A stretch of 64,000 nt of DNA, from positions 64,001 to 128,000 of IMG/VR virus record IMGVR_UViG_3300005573_000057; one strand, given 5' to 3'. Positions 18,091-27,329 of this stretch are shown piece by piece. Every line of letters begins with the position of its first letter. Within the stretch, counting starts at the first letter, position 1. The notes under the pieces are model-generated. The model searched no databases, was not told the DNA's origin, and was given only the letters and a program-made list of their open reading frames with translations. Source of the DNA: a virus. Both the position numbers and the translations under genes were made by a program.

Positions 18091-18091
18091 A

Positions 18092-18568
18092 TCAAATCTG
18101 AGGGTAAACCAAGGAAAGATGCTCAAGAACAGCAGACCAATTTGGATAAAATTGTGATCCAAAATGAATGATTTTTCCAGGAAAATTGGAACAGTTCGCC
18201 TTGTGAATCCGATCATCGACAAGAAAATCTCGGTATGATCCAAGAATTCCCTTGTCTTGAGTCAGGATGATCTTTTTTTGAAGATCCGGCAAATACTCCT
18301 TAATCCAATCCACCTTTTCTGCATAGGAGTGCGGAACACTTGGCGGCGGTTTTGAAGCAACCCAAACATCAAACCCCATTTGTTGTATTTTTGCCACGGA
18401 AGCGATTGCATCCGGCATTGGCGGCATTTCCCTAAAAAAATTCGGATGATCCATGAACCATTCATCCGTGAAATCATCGTTACCGAGCTTGAATCCAAGA
18501 TTAACAGCATGCGACTCGAAATCAACCAGTACACCGTCCATATCAATAAAAATTTTTCGTTGTTTCAT
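18092..18568 (-). CDS. HAD-family 5'(3')-deoxyribonucleotidase
   Basis: FIDMDGVLVDF, FF..MPP.P.A, EK..W and LVDDR. Confidence 0.9.
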   Translation of the reverse strand: MKQRKIFIDMDGVLVDFESHAVNLGFKLGNDDFTDEWFMDHPNFFREMPPMPDAIASVAKIQQMGFDVWVASKPPPSVPHSYAEKVDWIKEYLPDLQKKIILTQDKGILGSYRDFLVDDRIHKANCSNFPGKIIHFGSQFYPNWSAVLEHLSLVYPQI

Positions 18569-18594
18569 ATCAAACTCCTTACACACATTCTACA

Positions 18595-18825
18595 TCAATC
18601 AAGAAACGAAGTCAAGGCATTCGACGATTTAGGCAAGTAGCCAAGTGATTGAAAGTCGATTTCCAGGCGATCACGTAGGGGCATTGACATAAGTGACTGA
18701 ATAGTTTCAATGTCGAGTTCTTCTTCCTCGATCATTTCTGTCAAAAGTTCCAGATGCGTCTTTTTTTCATTCAAAACACGCATTTCGATATAAGATGCAA
18801 ATTCCGCTGCACTAGAGAACACCAT
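18595..18825 (-). CDS. gp33: Late transcription coactivator gp33
   Basis: F...IE........L......E...DIE....L....L...LE.....LGYLP pattern and T4-like position. Confidence 0.8.
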   Translation of the reverse strand: MVFSSAAEFASYIEMRVLNEKKTHLELLTEMIEEEELDIETIQSLMSMPLRDRLEIDFQSLGYLPKSSNALTSFLD

Positions 18826-18826
18826 G

Positions 18827-19471
18827 TCATTTCACTCCAGGTTGTTTAACGACTTTTGGCCGACCAGATACGGCCTTGAAAATTCCATCAATGATACGCC
18901 CAACTTGGTGTCTGCCGTTTGGTTCTACACGAACAACCTTGGTTGGATCTGTAGAATGTGGTTCGTAGAAAACATCTTGGGATGCAGAAAGAGTAGCAAG
19001 ATCATCAATGGTAGCAACTGGTGCCACGACTTCGGGAGTTGTAGGATTCAAAATCAGATCATCCCACCCATAAATCTTTGCCAACTCTTTATAGGGAATG
19101 TTAGGGTACAAAAGATCAAGCTTTTGATCCTTTACAGCAATCAAAATTTCACACTCGGGCTTCGTCAAGCCGGTCAAGAGTTCAATGAAAATAGACTCGC
19201 GCTGCACTGCGCGAACATCTGCGCGACAAAACACATAAAACCTGCGCAGTTCGTTGTTCAGATTCACAGCAGTCATTGCGTAAGGAGCCGGATCAAACTT
19301 GTAATTCTCTGGTGCCCCTTCTGGAAGTAGAAACTTTTGACCAGAACGAATTGCATGATTCAGAAGCAGCTTGAGCGCAGAAGATCCAGCAACATCATGA
19401 ACACGATCCGGGTTTTCATTGAGCCACACAATCAGTTCATAAATGCGTGTCGGAGGCGTATTTTGATTCAT
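18827..19471 (-). CDS. Conserved T4-like hypothetical protein (usually follows rnh)
   Basis: LLPEGAP, LRRFYVF, RESIFIELL and EILIAVKD. The true start is the ATGAA just outside the IscB right end. Confidence 0.8.
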   Translation of the reverse strand: MNQNTPPTRIYELIVWLNENPDRVHDVAGSSALKLLLNHAIRSGQKFLLPEGAPENYKFDPAPYAMTAVNLNNELRRFYVFCRADVRAVQRESIFIELLTGLTKPECEILIAVKDQKLDLLYPNIPYKELAKIYGWDDLILNPTTPEVVAPVATIDDLATLSASQDVFYEPHSTDPTKVVRVEPNGRHQVGRIIDGIFKAVSGRPKVVKQPGVK

Positions 19472-20885
19472 CATTTTCGCGTGAAACCTCGGCATTATTG
19501 CCGAGTAGGTAGAGCGCAGAACGCTTCGCGTTCGTTGCTTTGTGGCGTACCTGTTCACTCTCCTTTTTTGCCACAGTTGAATAACCATAACCATCCGCAC
19601 GTTGTACCAAAGTACAGTGCTTGTAGGATATGCCTTGAACGACACCCGTTGCGGTTTGTATATTGAAGTATCCATTTGCACGAACCACTAAGCGCCCAGA
19701 ATGGATTCCAGATTTCTTACCAGTAGGAACACTGGCCTTAACCATATCACCCGTCTGGAAACCTTTGATACTCTTTTTCCTAGTTAGGTATCCACGCGGA
19801 AATCCGAATGCATTCAACTGTGTGCGCTGATAGCGTCCTCGACCTGTACACTTAATTGCCAGTGTCGGTCTTTGCCAGCCCGTAACGGAACTAACTCGAC
19901 CTACGCATACCGCATCAAGCGCGTGTGTTTTCGGAATACCGAGTTGCATACGATTGAATTTCGTCAAACCGCCTGAACCTGTTGTGACCGGAACGTTAAC
20001 AGCTTTGAGCGCATTGAACAACGCCCAACGGGTTGAATTAACCGCCGATGCGTCTTTAAGAGGTCGTTTTGCTTGAGCCAAAATACGATCAAGTCGTTTG
20101 GTATCGTTCGCCAAGAATACGCGAACATCCTGCGCACCTTTTTTCTGGTTGCATGATTGGCAAGCCAAGGCCAGATTCGAGACCCGATTGCTTCCGCCTT
20201 TAGATCGAGGATGGATGTGCTCAATCTGTAATGGCACATCTTTTGCACCGCAGTACGCGCAAACCCTGTTCCACTTGTTGAGCAGATATTCGCGCACTTC
20301 ATAACCGGCTAATGTGCCTTGTTGATACTCAACACCAGAAATTTCCACATTCTGCATTTTTTGCATATCAAACCGAACCAGTTCCTGAGCAATACCAGCA
20401 ACCGGCACCACACGTTGAAAACGATTGACCCATGCAACGGTTGTATCAACCCGGTGTTGTAGAGAAGGAGCTAACCAACCTTTAGGTTTTGTCCGATTGT
20501 CGAAACGGGCTGGCCTATACCGCAACTTGGAACGACGAAAACTTCGATGTTGCCTCCGTGCCGTTAAAGCCTCGCTAATCTGACGCCCGCGATGCAACAA
20601 TTCAAAAAGATTAAGCACATGGACACCAACACTAATTTCACCACTTTCCGCATCAATTTTCTCTGATTCTCTGACCACTGCAATACCTGTAAACTTACTA
20701 CCCGGATCAATTTTTACCTTGATCGGTTGTAATACACAACTGGAAACTTCACGATCAACAATGCGTATCGAAAACGGGATCAGCCGATGAACACGCGCAC
20801 GACCAGACGCGAGCAGTTTTTTTGCTCGTTTCTCGCTGCACGGCATCAGCGGTTTTCCTCGTTTGTCGATTACAAATACTGCCAT
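19437..20885 (-). CDS. iscB: RNA-guided endonuclease IscB
   Basis: PLMP, RuvC-I IDPGS, bridge helix RRQHRSFRR, RuvC-II QELVRFD, HNH EHIHPRSKGGSNRVSNL and RuvC-III HALDA all intact. Confidence 0.96.
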   Translation of the reverse strand: MAVFVIDKRGKPLMPCSEKRAKKLLASGRARVHRLIPFSIRIVDREVSSCVLQPIKVKIDPGSKFTGIAVVRESEKIDAESGEISVGVHVLNLFELLHRGRQISEALTARRQHRSFRRSKLRYRPARFDNRTKPKGWLAPSLQHRVDTTVAWVNRFQRVVPVAGIAQELVRFDMQKMQNVEISGVEYQQGTLAGYEVREYLLNKWNRVCAYCGAKDVPLQIEHIHPRSKGGSNRVSNLALACQSCNQKKGAQDVRVFLANDTKRLDRILAQAKRPLKDASAVNSTRWALFNALKAVNVPVTTGSGGLTKFNRMQLGIPKTHALDAVCVGRVSSVTGWQRPTLAIKCTGRGRYQRTQLNAFGFPRGYLTRKKSIKGFQTGDMVKASVPTGKKSGIHSGRLVVRANGYFNIQTATGVVQGISYKHCTLVQRADGYGYSTVAKKESEQVRHKATNAKRSALYLLGNNAEVSRENDESKYASDTHL

Positions 20886-21173
20886 TTACTTCCTTAAATG
20901 CGCTTACGCGCCTAGTGACGGAGACCTTACGGCCTCGCTCCCCTCGGGAATGTCTGTAACCGGCTCCTGCCTTGCGGCAGCGACTAGAACCTTCGGGCCT
21001 TTACCTTTGCCCAGCATGATCCTAATCTTCCAGTGTCCGGGACTGAGGAAGCATCCCGGAGTGGGTCTCAACGACCTGTTACAAACGTAGCGGATTGGAT
21101 ACCGCTTTCCCTGGTCAACCAAGCTATCAACCTTACGGTTTCTAGCTCCAGCCCGAAAGCCGGGGTAATTGAC
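19472..21173 (-). mobile_element. IS200/IS605-superfamily IscB element (no tnpA)
   Basis: Left end GTCAATTACCCC, omegaRNA, iscB and right-end hairpin CTCGGCAATAATGCCGAG, followed by ATGAA. Confidence 0.92.
20890..21173 (-). ncRNA. omegaRNA of iscB
   Basis: Structured noncoding region immediately upstream of iscB with HEARO-type motifs. Confidence 0.88.
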
Positions 21174-22060
21174 TAAAAATCGTTAATCCGATCAACTAAA
21201 TGTCGGTTTTTTTCCAAAAAATAGTTATACATGCCCATCTTGTTTTTCTTTGGTACTTCTTTTTGATACTCTTTCACAATCTCTTTCGCTAAAGAAGTAG
21301 GTATCTGACTCAGATCAATCAAACGTCGATTCCGAGTATATCCAGCTTCGGCTTTCCAATACCGCCTACCGCTGTTAGTTTTTGTCTCGGCCAAAACTTG
21401 TTGCGTAATTGGCAACTGTTTTTTCTTATCGACAAATGACATATCATGGCTTCGAGCGTTAGGAATTCCATCACTACGATCACCGCGCATGATCAACTCG
21501 TGAAGTTGCTCTAGTGCTTGTTCTTGCGTCAGTTTGAAATATTCGTCTTTGATAGAACTGTATTGAGCAACATTCGGAAACCGATGTAGTTGCTTGAAAT
21601 CCTTATCACCAGACACAATCAAAATGTCTTGTGGCCTTTTCTCTCCAAACTCGTCCTGAATCAGTTCATTGAATTGCGACCAAATAGTCAATACACCAAT
21701 AATATCATCAGCTTCCGCATATTCGACTTCAATCAACCTGTACGGGAAACATTGCTTGATACCAGTTTTCATATCATCAACAGTTTCTCGAATTTCATCC
21801 CACGGTAAGGTAGACGCTTTGCGTATTGCTTCGCGGCTATGCTTATATGGAGGAAAAACACTTCGACGCCAATATTTATCGTTGTCGATTGCGATACACA
21901 ATTCCCCGTACTTTGTTCCAAACTTTCGTTTGATTCGAATCAATGACGAAAAAAGGCTTTCCATCAAAAGTTGTGACACATCAGACGGGCGAGCCGCAAA
22001 ATCACGCTCAAGAACGTGAGAGTTTGCGTGGATCATCGCACTGAAATCAACAAGGATCAT
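21173..22060 (-). CDS. rnh: T4-type RNase H (5'-3' exonuclease)
   Basis: MILVDFS, YWRR..FP.YK..R, EADDIIG, SGDKDF.QL and GDRSDGIPN. Confidence 0.95.
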   Translation of the reverse strand: MILVDFSAMIHANSHVLERDFAARPSDVSQLLMESLFSSLIRIKRKFGTKYGELCIAIDNDKYWRRSVFPPYKHSREAIRKASTLPWDEIRETVDDMKTGIKQCFPYRLIEVEYAEADDIIGVLTIWSQFNELIQDEFGEKRPQDILIVSGDKDFKQLHRFPNVAQYSSIKDEYFKLTQEQALEQLHELIMRGDRSDGIPNARSHDMSFVDKKKQLPITQQVLAETKTNSGRRYWKAEAGYTRNRRLIDLSQIPTSLAKEIVKEYQKEVPKKNKMGMYNYFLEKNRHLVDRINDF

Positions 22061-22743
22061 TTGTCCAATTCACCAAAATTGGTGGATTCTACCTCCAGAG
22101 CGACGTAGTATTCCAATTTGCCATCAGCACTTCGGAACCGGCTAACACGTTTACGATGCAACGCAACACGATACTCTGTCGGAATCATCTTCATGTTTTC
22201 TGTTCGCATGTAAGCTGTAAACGGGAGTTTTGTACTTGCTTCTCCCAAATCCAACACGAAAGCGTTTGAAGTATCGTTCTTTTTATCAGCGACTAGAGCA
22301 GAAACAGTACCGCCACCGTCAGAAGTAAAAGCCACGTCATACGCTCTAAGAGTCGTTGATGCACGCATAATTCTCTGAAAATCGTGTTCTTTGATGGTAA
22401 ATTCAACATCTTCTCCCGGAAAAGCAATTTTCTTGCTTCGATAGATCAAAACAGATGGGTCTGCAAAATAAAATTTTACACTGCTTCCAGCACCTTCCAA
22501 TCGAACAAATTTTTCCTCAAACTTGAGTTCTGGCGGTGTTTCAAACAACGCACAAGCCCCAAGAAATTCGGACAAGTCGTAAATCCCAAACTGCACAGGA
22601 AACACTTCTGAAACCTTTGCATACCCAACAATCGTTTTTTGGGCATTCATAGTGTTCAATTCACTTCCGGGCATGATCAAAAGATTCGAATTGATCGAAG
22701 AAAAGTTTTTGAGAACAGCTATCGTTTCTCTTGATAATTTCAT
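22057..22743 (-). CDS. gp45: Sliding clamp gp45
   Basis: MKLSRETIAVLKNFSSINSNL, FGIYDLSEFL and YYVALE. Confidence 0.95.
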   Translation of the reverse strand: MKLSRETIAVLKNFSSINSNLLIMPGSELNTMNAQKTIVGYAKVSEVFPVQFGIYDLSEFLGACALFETPPELKFEEKFVRLEGAGSSVKFYFADPSVLIYRSKKIAFPGEDVEFTIKEHDFQRIMRASTTLRAYDVAFTSDGGGTVSALVADKKNDTSNAFVLDLGEASTKLPFTAYMRTENMKMIPTEYRVALHRKRVSRFRSADGKLEYYVALEVESTNFGELDK

Positions 22744-22882
22744 AAAAATTCCTTTGGTAGTCAATTTGCAAATTTTAACACGACAACGATTGAAAGTGAA
22801 GGGATGCTTTTTCTTTACACTCCAAAAATTTTTCAATGTACTCGCGTTTCAGAGGACGAACAAAAACTTGAGGACTGCCCAT

Positions 22883-24242
22883 TTGACATCCTCCCCGGCT
22901 CAAAGGCGGGAGATTCCTACTGCGTTCAACACAAAACATGCTGACTCGCTTCGGCGGGTTCCTGCTTCACAGAACGGCCTTGCTGCACCGATTCTCCACA
23001 GGCTAACAAGCGGTATCCCCGCTCTAAAATGTTAATCGCGCCGACCAAATCGGCGTTTTCCTTAAAACCACATTCTACACATGCAAACTTGGCTTGTGTT
23101 TGGCGGTTCTCTGCGGCAACATGACCGCAGTGCGGACACGTCTGGCTTGTGTAATGAGCCGGAACTGGAAGCAGAATGCCACCGTTCCAAGTCATTTTGT
23201 ATTCCAGTTGTCGCCTGAATTCGTCCCATCCCTGATCGAGAATGGCGCGATTCAGTCCAAACTTCTGAGCTACGTTTTTACCCGGTGCTTCGCTATTGCC
23301 TTTAGAAGACTTGGACATATTCCGTACCTGCAAATCTTCAATAACAATCATAGCGTGGTTTTTGCTGATTGTGGTTGAAGTCTTGTGCAGGAAATCTTTG
23401 CGGGCATTAGCGATAGTGCTGTGAATCTTCTGGACTTTAGCTTTCGCCTTTTTCCAGTTACTACTGAACTTAACCTTTCGAGACATGGCACGTTGGTACC
23501 GTGCTAGTCTTTGTTGATGTTTCTTGAAACTGTTAAGCGGTTTAATATAGCTACCATCGCTCAAGGTAGCAAACCGAGTAATGCCCATGTCGATTCCAAT
23601 GGCGCTAGTAGCTGTTGGAATAGGTTGTTCAACTTCGCGTTCAGTTTGAATACTCACAAACCACTTGTCACCGGCTTTGCTGATAGTGACATTGCGTACA
23701 TTGCCTAGCACATCACGACTGTTGCGGTAACGCAACCAACCAAGTTTAGGCAGGTAAATACGGTTGTTGCATTGTTCTAGTTTGATACTTTTCGGGTCTG
23801 GATAACGAAAACTGAGGTGTTGCCCTTTTTTCTTGAACTTTGGAAAATCCGCACGCTTGGCAAAGAAATTGGCATAGGCACGTTCCAAATTCTTGAGCGA
23901 TTGTTGCAACGGGTGAACAGGAGAATCTCTTAACCACGTAGTATCGGTGCTGTTGCGCCATTCTGTGAGCATCTTGCACAACCCCGCATAACCAAGCTTT
24001 TTCTCGCGTTGCTCGTAACGCTCTTTCTGCATCGCTAAAGCCTTGTTGAAAACAAACCGGCACGACCCGGCGAAGCTACGCATTTTGCGTTGCTGTTCGC
24101 CGTTTGGCATCAGTTCGTATTTGTAGGCTTGTAGACGTTTCATGGCTTTATTATACTAGGTCTATGGTTCAAAAGCAACAACAGATTTACTTTCGCGCTA
24201 TCATTCCCCGCCTTGAACGGCGGGGTTTGTCGCGCAACTAAA
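22883..24242 (-). mobile_element. IS605-family (IS1341-type, tnpB-only) element 1
   Basis: Left-end hairpin preceded by TTGAT; right end finishes ...GGGGAGGATGTCAA. Confidence 0.88.
22926..24143 (-). CDS. tnpB: TnpB RNA-guided endonuclease
   Basis: RuvC GIDMG / IEDL / NAD, zinc finger CPHC..CVEC. Confidence 0.95.
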   Translation of the reverse strand: MKRLQAYKYELMPNGEQQRKMRSFAGSCRFVFNKALAMQKERYEQREKKLGYAGLCKMLTEWRNSTDTTWLRDSPVHPLQQSLKNLERAYANFFAKRADFPKFKKKGQHLSFRYPDPKSIKLEQCNNRIYLPKLGWLRYRNSRDVLGNVRNVTISKAGDKWFVSIQTEREVEQPIPTATSAIGIDMGITRFATLSDGSYIKPLNSFKKHQQRLARYQRAMSRKVKFSSNWKKAKAKVQKIHSTIANARKDFLHKTSTTISKNHAMIVIEDLQVRNMSKSSKGNSEAPGKNVAQKFGLNRAILDQGWDEFRRQLEYKMTWNGGILLPVPAHYTSQTCPHCGHVAAENRQTQAKFACVECGFKENADLVGAINILERGYRLLACGESVQQGRSVKQEPAEASQHVLC

Positions 24243-24263
24243 ATCAAGAACAGATCGAACCCA

Positions 24264-25010
24264 TTAACTGGCTGTTCCAACTCGTTCAGAAGCCTCGATA
24301 AATTCTTTGACCAACGAAGAACGAACAATATCATTGATCGTAAACCGTATCCCCGTATGAGATTTCATGCGATTAGCAACTTGCATGAATTCCCCCAATC
24401 CACTAACTTCATGACGCTTGAATTGCAGATCATCCTGACGCACATCCCCACAAATGATGATCTTCGAATCATGCCCAACTCGGGTAATGATAGTTGACAG
24501 TTCTCCGAAGTGCATGTTCTGAGCTTCATCGACTATGATCACAGAGTTGTTAAAAGTTGTTCCGCGCATGAAAGATGTGACCATAAAACGGATATGCTTT
24601 TGTTCAACAAGTCGTTGGTATGCATCAGGACGACCAAGCAAGTCTGCCGCAATCTGCGTATAGGGAGTTTCATACATTGCGGCTTTTTCTTCAACAGTAC
24701 CAGGGGTGAAACCAATATCACGGCCCTGCACAGCAGATCGAACAATAATCAAATGCTGATATGGTGTCGATTTATCCAACACTTCATCCAACGCAAGATA
24801 CATCGCCAAAAAGCTTTTCCCGGTTCCAGCACTTCCCAACAAAGTCATAAAATAATCACCACGTCGATAGGCTTTGAAAACCTCGTTTTGCGCCATTGTC
24901 AATGGCTTAATTTCTTTCAAGTTGTTATGACTAACTTTCAGAGTCGTTGTACGCGGGGCATACTCAGGCGCAGGACGTTCGATTTCTTGGACTACATTAC
25001 GTTTTGCCAT
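24264..25010 (-). CDS. phoH: PhoH-like ATPase
   Basis: GSAGTGKS, RSAV, IGFTPG, FMRGTT, DEAQN, GD..Q.D and DIVRS. Confidence 0.95.
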   Translation of the reverse strand: MAKRNVVQEIERPAPEYAPRTTTLKVSHNNLKEIKPLTMAQNEVFKAYRRGDYFMTLLGSAGTGKSFLAMYLALDEVLDKSTPYQHLIIVRSAVQGRDIGFTPGTVEEKAAMYETPYTQIAADLLGRPDAYQRLVEQKHIRFMVTSFMRGTTFNNSVIIVDEAQNMHFGELSTIITRVGHDSKIIICGDVRQDDLQFKRHEVSGLGEFMQVANRMKSHTGIRFTINDIVRSSLVKEFIEASERVGTAS

Positions 25011-25033
25011 AATTATTTTTTTAGAAAGTCTGG

Positions 25034-25675
25034 TTAGTTAATATCAGGAGGGAGATACGGAGCCAAAACTGGTTCTCTCCAACCTGCCGGTTTTACGACT
25101 TTACCATTTTCGTCACGGTTAGCATACATTCCAGATCCTTGACAAGTTGGGCAATCTGGATTCAATGGATCAGGAGCATCGCACAAAGAAAACTTTTCAA
25201 AATTTGCCCTTGCCACTTCCTTCCATGCATCCGGCGTTGCATAGCCACCAGCAGCAGTTGCACCAATTGTGACCCAAACAATGTCTAGCAAATGATCAAG
25301 CAACTTCGCGGCTTTTGCTTGTTGATTATTAAATACGGAGTTGACAAAATCGGGTGTATCTTTGTTTTTGAGTTTTTCAGCAGCCTTTTTGAGTTCAATT
25401 AGGAGTTCTGGTGTAAAAACGTCACTACCTTCGAATTCAGTAACGAGTTCCGACATTTCTTCCATCATCAACCCAAGTTGAAATTGTAGAAGCTTAGAAT
25501 CAAATCTTCGCATCCGTTGAAGTTGTTTCGCAATCATCATCCATGAAACCACGGAAGAAATAGGGTTTTCACTGATTGATTGGAACACCGAAACGGCATG
25601 AGCTTGAACTTCTTGTTGTGTTACAACAACTTCTGCGTCTACGTGCTCTGTTTGTTGCTTTTCTTCTGTATTCAT
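25034..25675 (-). CDS. MazG-like/PRA-PH NTP pyrophosphohydrolase with Cys-rich insert
   Basis: L..EE..E, D...D..WV..G, EV..AN..K and GKVVKP.GW. Confidence 0.75.
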   Translation of the reverse strand: MNTEEKQQTEHVDAEVVVTQQEVQAHAVSVFQSISENPISSVVSWMMIAKQLQRMRRFDSKLLQFQLGLMMEEMSELVTEFEGSDVFTPELLIELKKAAEKLKNKDTPDFVNSVFNNQQAKAAKLLDHLLDIVWVTIGATAAGGYATPDAWKEVARANFEKFSLCDAPDPLNPDCPTCQGSGMYANRDENGKVVKPAGWREPVLAPYLPPDIN

Positions 25676-25683
25676 AAAATTTC

Positions 25684-25974
25684 CTAAACAACGGCAAAGT
25701 CGCCGGGAGATTTACGGGGCTTCAAATGCAAAACGATACATTCACCAGCATCATCATAAGAAATATCAAAACAAATCAAGGAAGATCCAAAATAAGTCAA
25801 TACTCCATTAGTATAACGAATTGACGTAATTTTGTTTTTTGATCTTTTGGAATCTACATTATAAAGTTCGGTAATAAGTTCCTTCATCGTTTCATTAAAA
25901 TCATACCGAAGCCTAAGATTGACCGATGTGATAATCGTTTGGAATTGTGCTTTGTCAGAAACTTTGATTTCCAT
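25684..25974 (-). CDS. Hypothetical protein
   Basis: 96 aa ORF on the coding strand. Confidence 0.6.
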   Translation of the reverse strand: MEIKVSDKAQFQTIITSVNLRLRYDFNETMKELITELYNVDSKRSKNKITSIRYTNGVLTYFGSSLICFDISYDDAGECIVLHLKPRKSPGDFAVV

Positions 25975-25980
25975 GCAAAC

Positions 25981-26000
25981 AAGGGGGATTGCTCCCCCTT
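25981..26000 (-). terminator. Intrinsic terminator after gp32
   Basis: AAGGGGGAGCAATCCCCCTT hairpin with a GCAA loop. Confidence 0.7.
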
Positions 26001-26006
26001 CCCTTC

Positions 26007-26951
26007 TTAAGTTTTTGCTTCCAAGTGTGCAAAATAGTCTTCGATGCTTCCTTCGTCCGAATCGAAGTTTGACTCTGCGCTTGTACCGCTTTCTTTCTTT
26101 TCCATCAAGGGAGCAATTGACGGCTTTTCAGGCGCTGATTTTGCAGGTGGCAGACTTGACTGTTGAATACTTCCGCCAAGCCCGAAACGAACATTGTCGG
26201 TGTTCCCGATAACCGCCAAAAACTTGCGCTTGAGTTCGTCGTATGACTTGAACTGATCTGGAGCAACGAATGAAGACAATAGTGGCAATTCCTCCATCAT
26301 CTTCACAACTTTGTCAATATCAGCGTTCAGAGGCCCCTTCTTGTACCACGAACTTTTGTCATAGTTCATCTGTTCATCAACTTTTGTCGCCCGAAGCTTA
26401 AATGTTGCACCATCGTCCCACATATCCCATGCGCTTGCAATTTCAGTTTCTTCATCGACAAACTGTGGTTTCGCCTTTTCCATGATCATTTCAAAAATCT
26501 TCCTCCCGTATCGGAAAAAGAAAACCTTTCCTTCATTGTCGGGATTACCCGGATCACGAACAACATAAATCTTTGAAATATAAAAAAGCTTTCGTTTACG
26601 TTGACGCGCAATCGCTTTCGCTTCATTAGTACCGACCTCATTCCACAAGATTGTGTTTGCTTCTGCTACCGGATCGTCTTCGCCAATGGTAGTACGAGAA
26701 TTTTCGATATACCACTTACCTGTCGGCCCCTTGAATTCATGTTTGTACAGTTTAACCCAAGGCAGATCATCACCATCCAAATTGATCAAAAATCGAATAT
26801 CAGCAGAAGCATTTCCACTCTTATCAGGAGTGTATTTCCAAAACCTCGGATCTTCGTATGACGAATTACTGTTCGATTTACTCATTTCTTCCGTGATTGT
26901 AGAAAAGCTAGAGGCAGCTTTAGCACGGAGTTTATCAAGTTGTGTAGACAT
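26007..26951 (-). CDS. gp32: Single-stranded DNA-binding protein gp32
   Basis: D.RFWK, IRFL, WYIENS.TTIG..DPV, YG.KIF, NYDKS, FKSYDELK and acidic tail. Confidence 0.95.
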   Translation of the reverse strand: MSTQLDKLRAKAASSFSTITEEMSKSNSNSSYEDPRFWKYTPDKSGNASADIRFLINLDGDDLPWVKLYKHEFKGPTGKWYIENSRTTIGEDDPVAEANTILWNEVGTNEAKAIARQRKRKLFYISKIYVVRDPGNPDNEGKVFFFRYGRKIFEMIMEKAKPQFVDEETEIASAWDMWDDGATFKLRATKVDEQMNYDKSSWYKKGPLNADIDKVVKMMEELPLLSSFVAPDQFKSYDELKRKFLAVIGNTDNVRFGLGGSIQQSSLPPAKSAPEKPSIAPLMEKKESGTSAESNFDSDEGSIEDYFAHLEAKT

Positions 26952-27012
26952 TTGTATTTCCTTTAAGATGCGCCACAGAATAACGTGGCAAAAGTGGCAT
27001 TAACGCCTAGTT

Positions 27013-27192
27013 TTATTCACGAATGAACCGCTTCAAATCGACACCATACTTTGATTCGATCTCGCTTATCTCGTCATCGTCATCATTCTGAACGATTGAC
27101 TTCGATTTTTTAGTTACATTGGATGAACGCTTTTGGAATTCTTCATCTTCAAGCGTTTTCCGAAACTTTTTACAGTTTTTAACAGTCTTCAT
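27013..27192 (-). CDS. Small hypothetical protein
   Basis: Start taken at MKTVKN; lies just upstream of gp32. Confidence 0.5.
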   Translation of the reverse strand: MKTVKNCKKFRKTLEDEEFQKRSSNVTKKSKSIVQNDDDDEISEIESKYGVDLKRFIRE

Positions 27193-27329
27193 GGTGAAAA
27201 TTTTAGAGAGTAATGTTATTCTTCGCCGTCCAGAAAAGCAACGTTTGCCGAGCAATCGTTAAAAATCTCATTTTGACACCTGTTCCAATATGTAGGCAGT
27301 GTATCCCAACGGAAATTGAAAAGCAAGAC

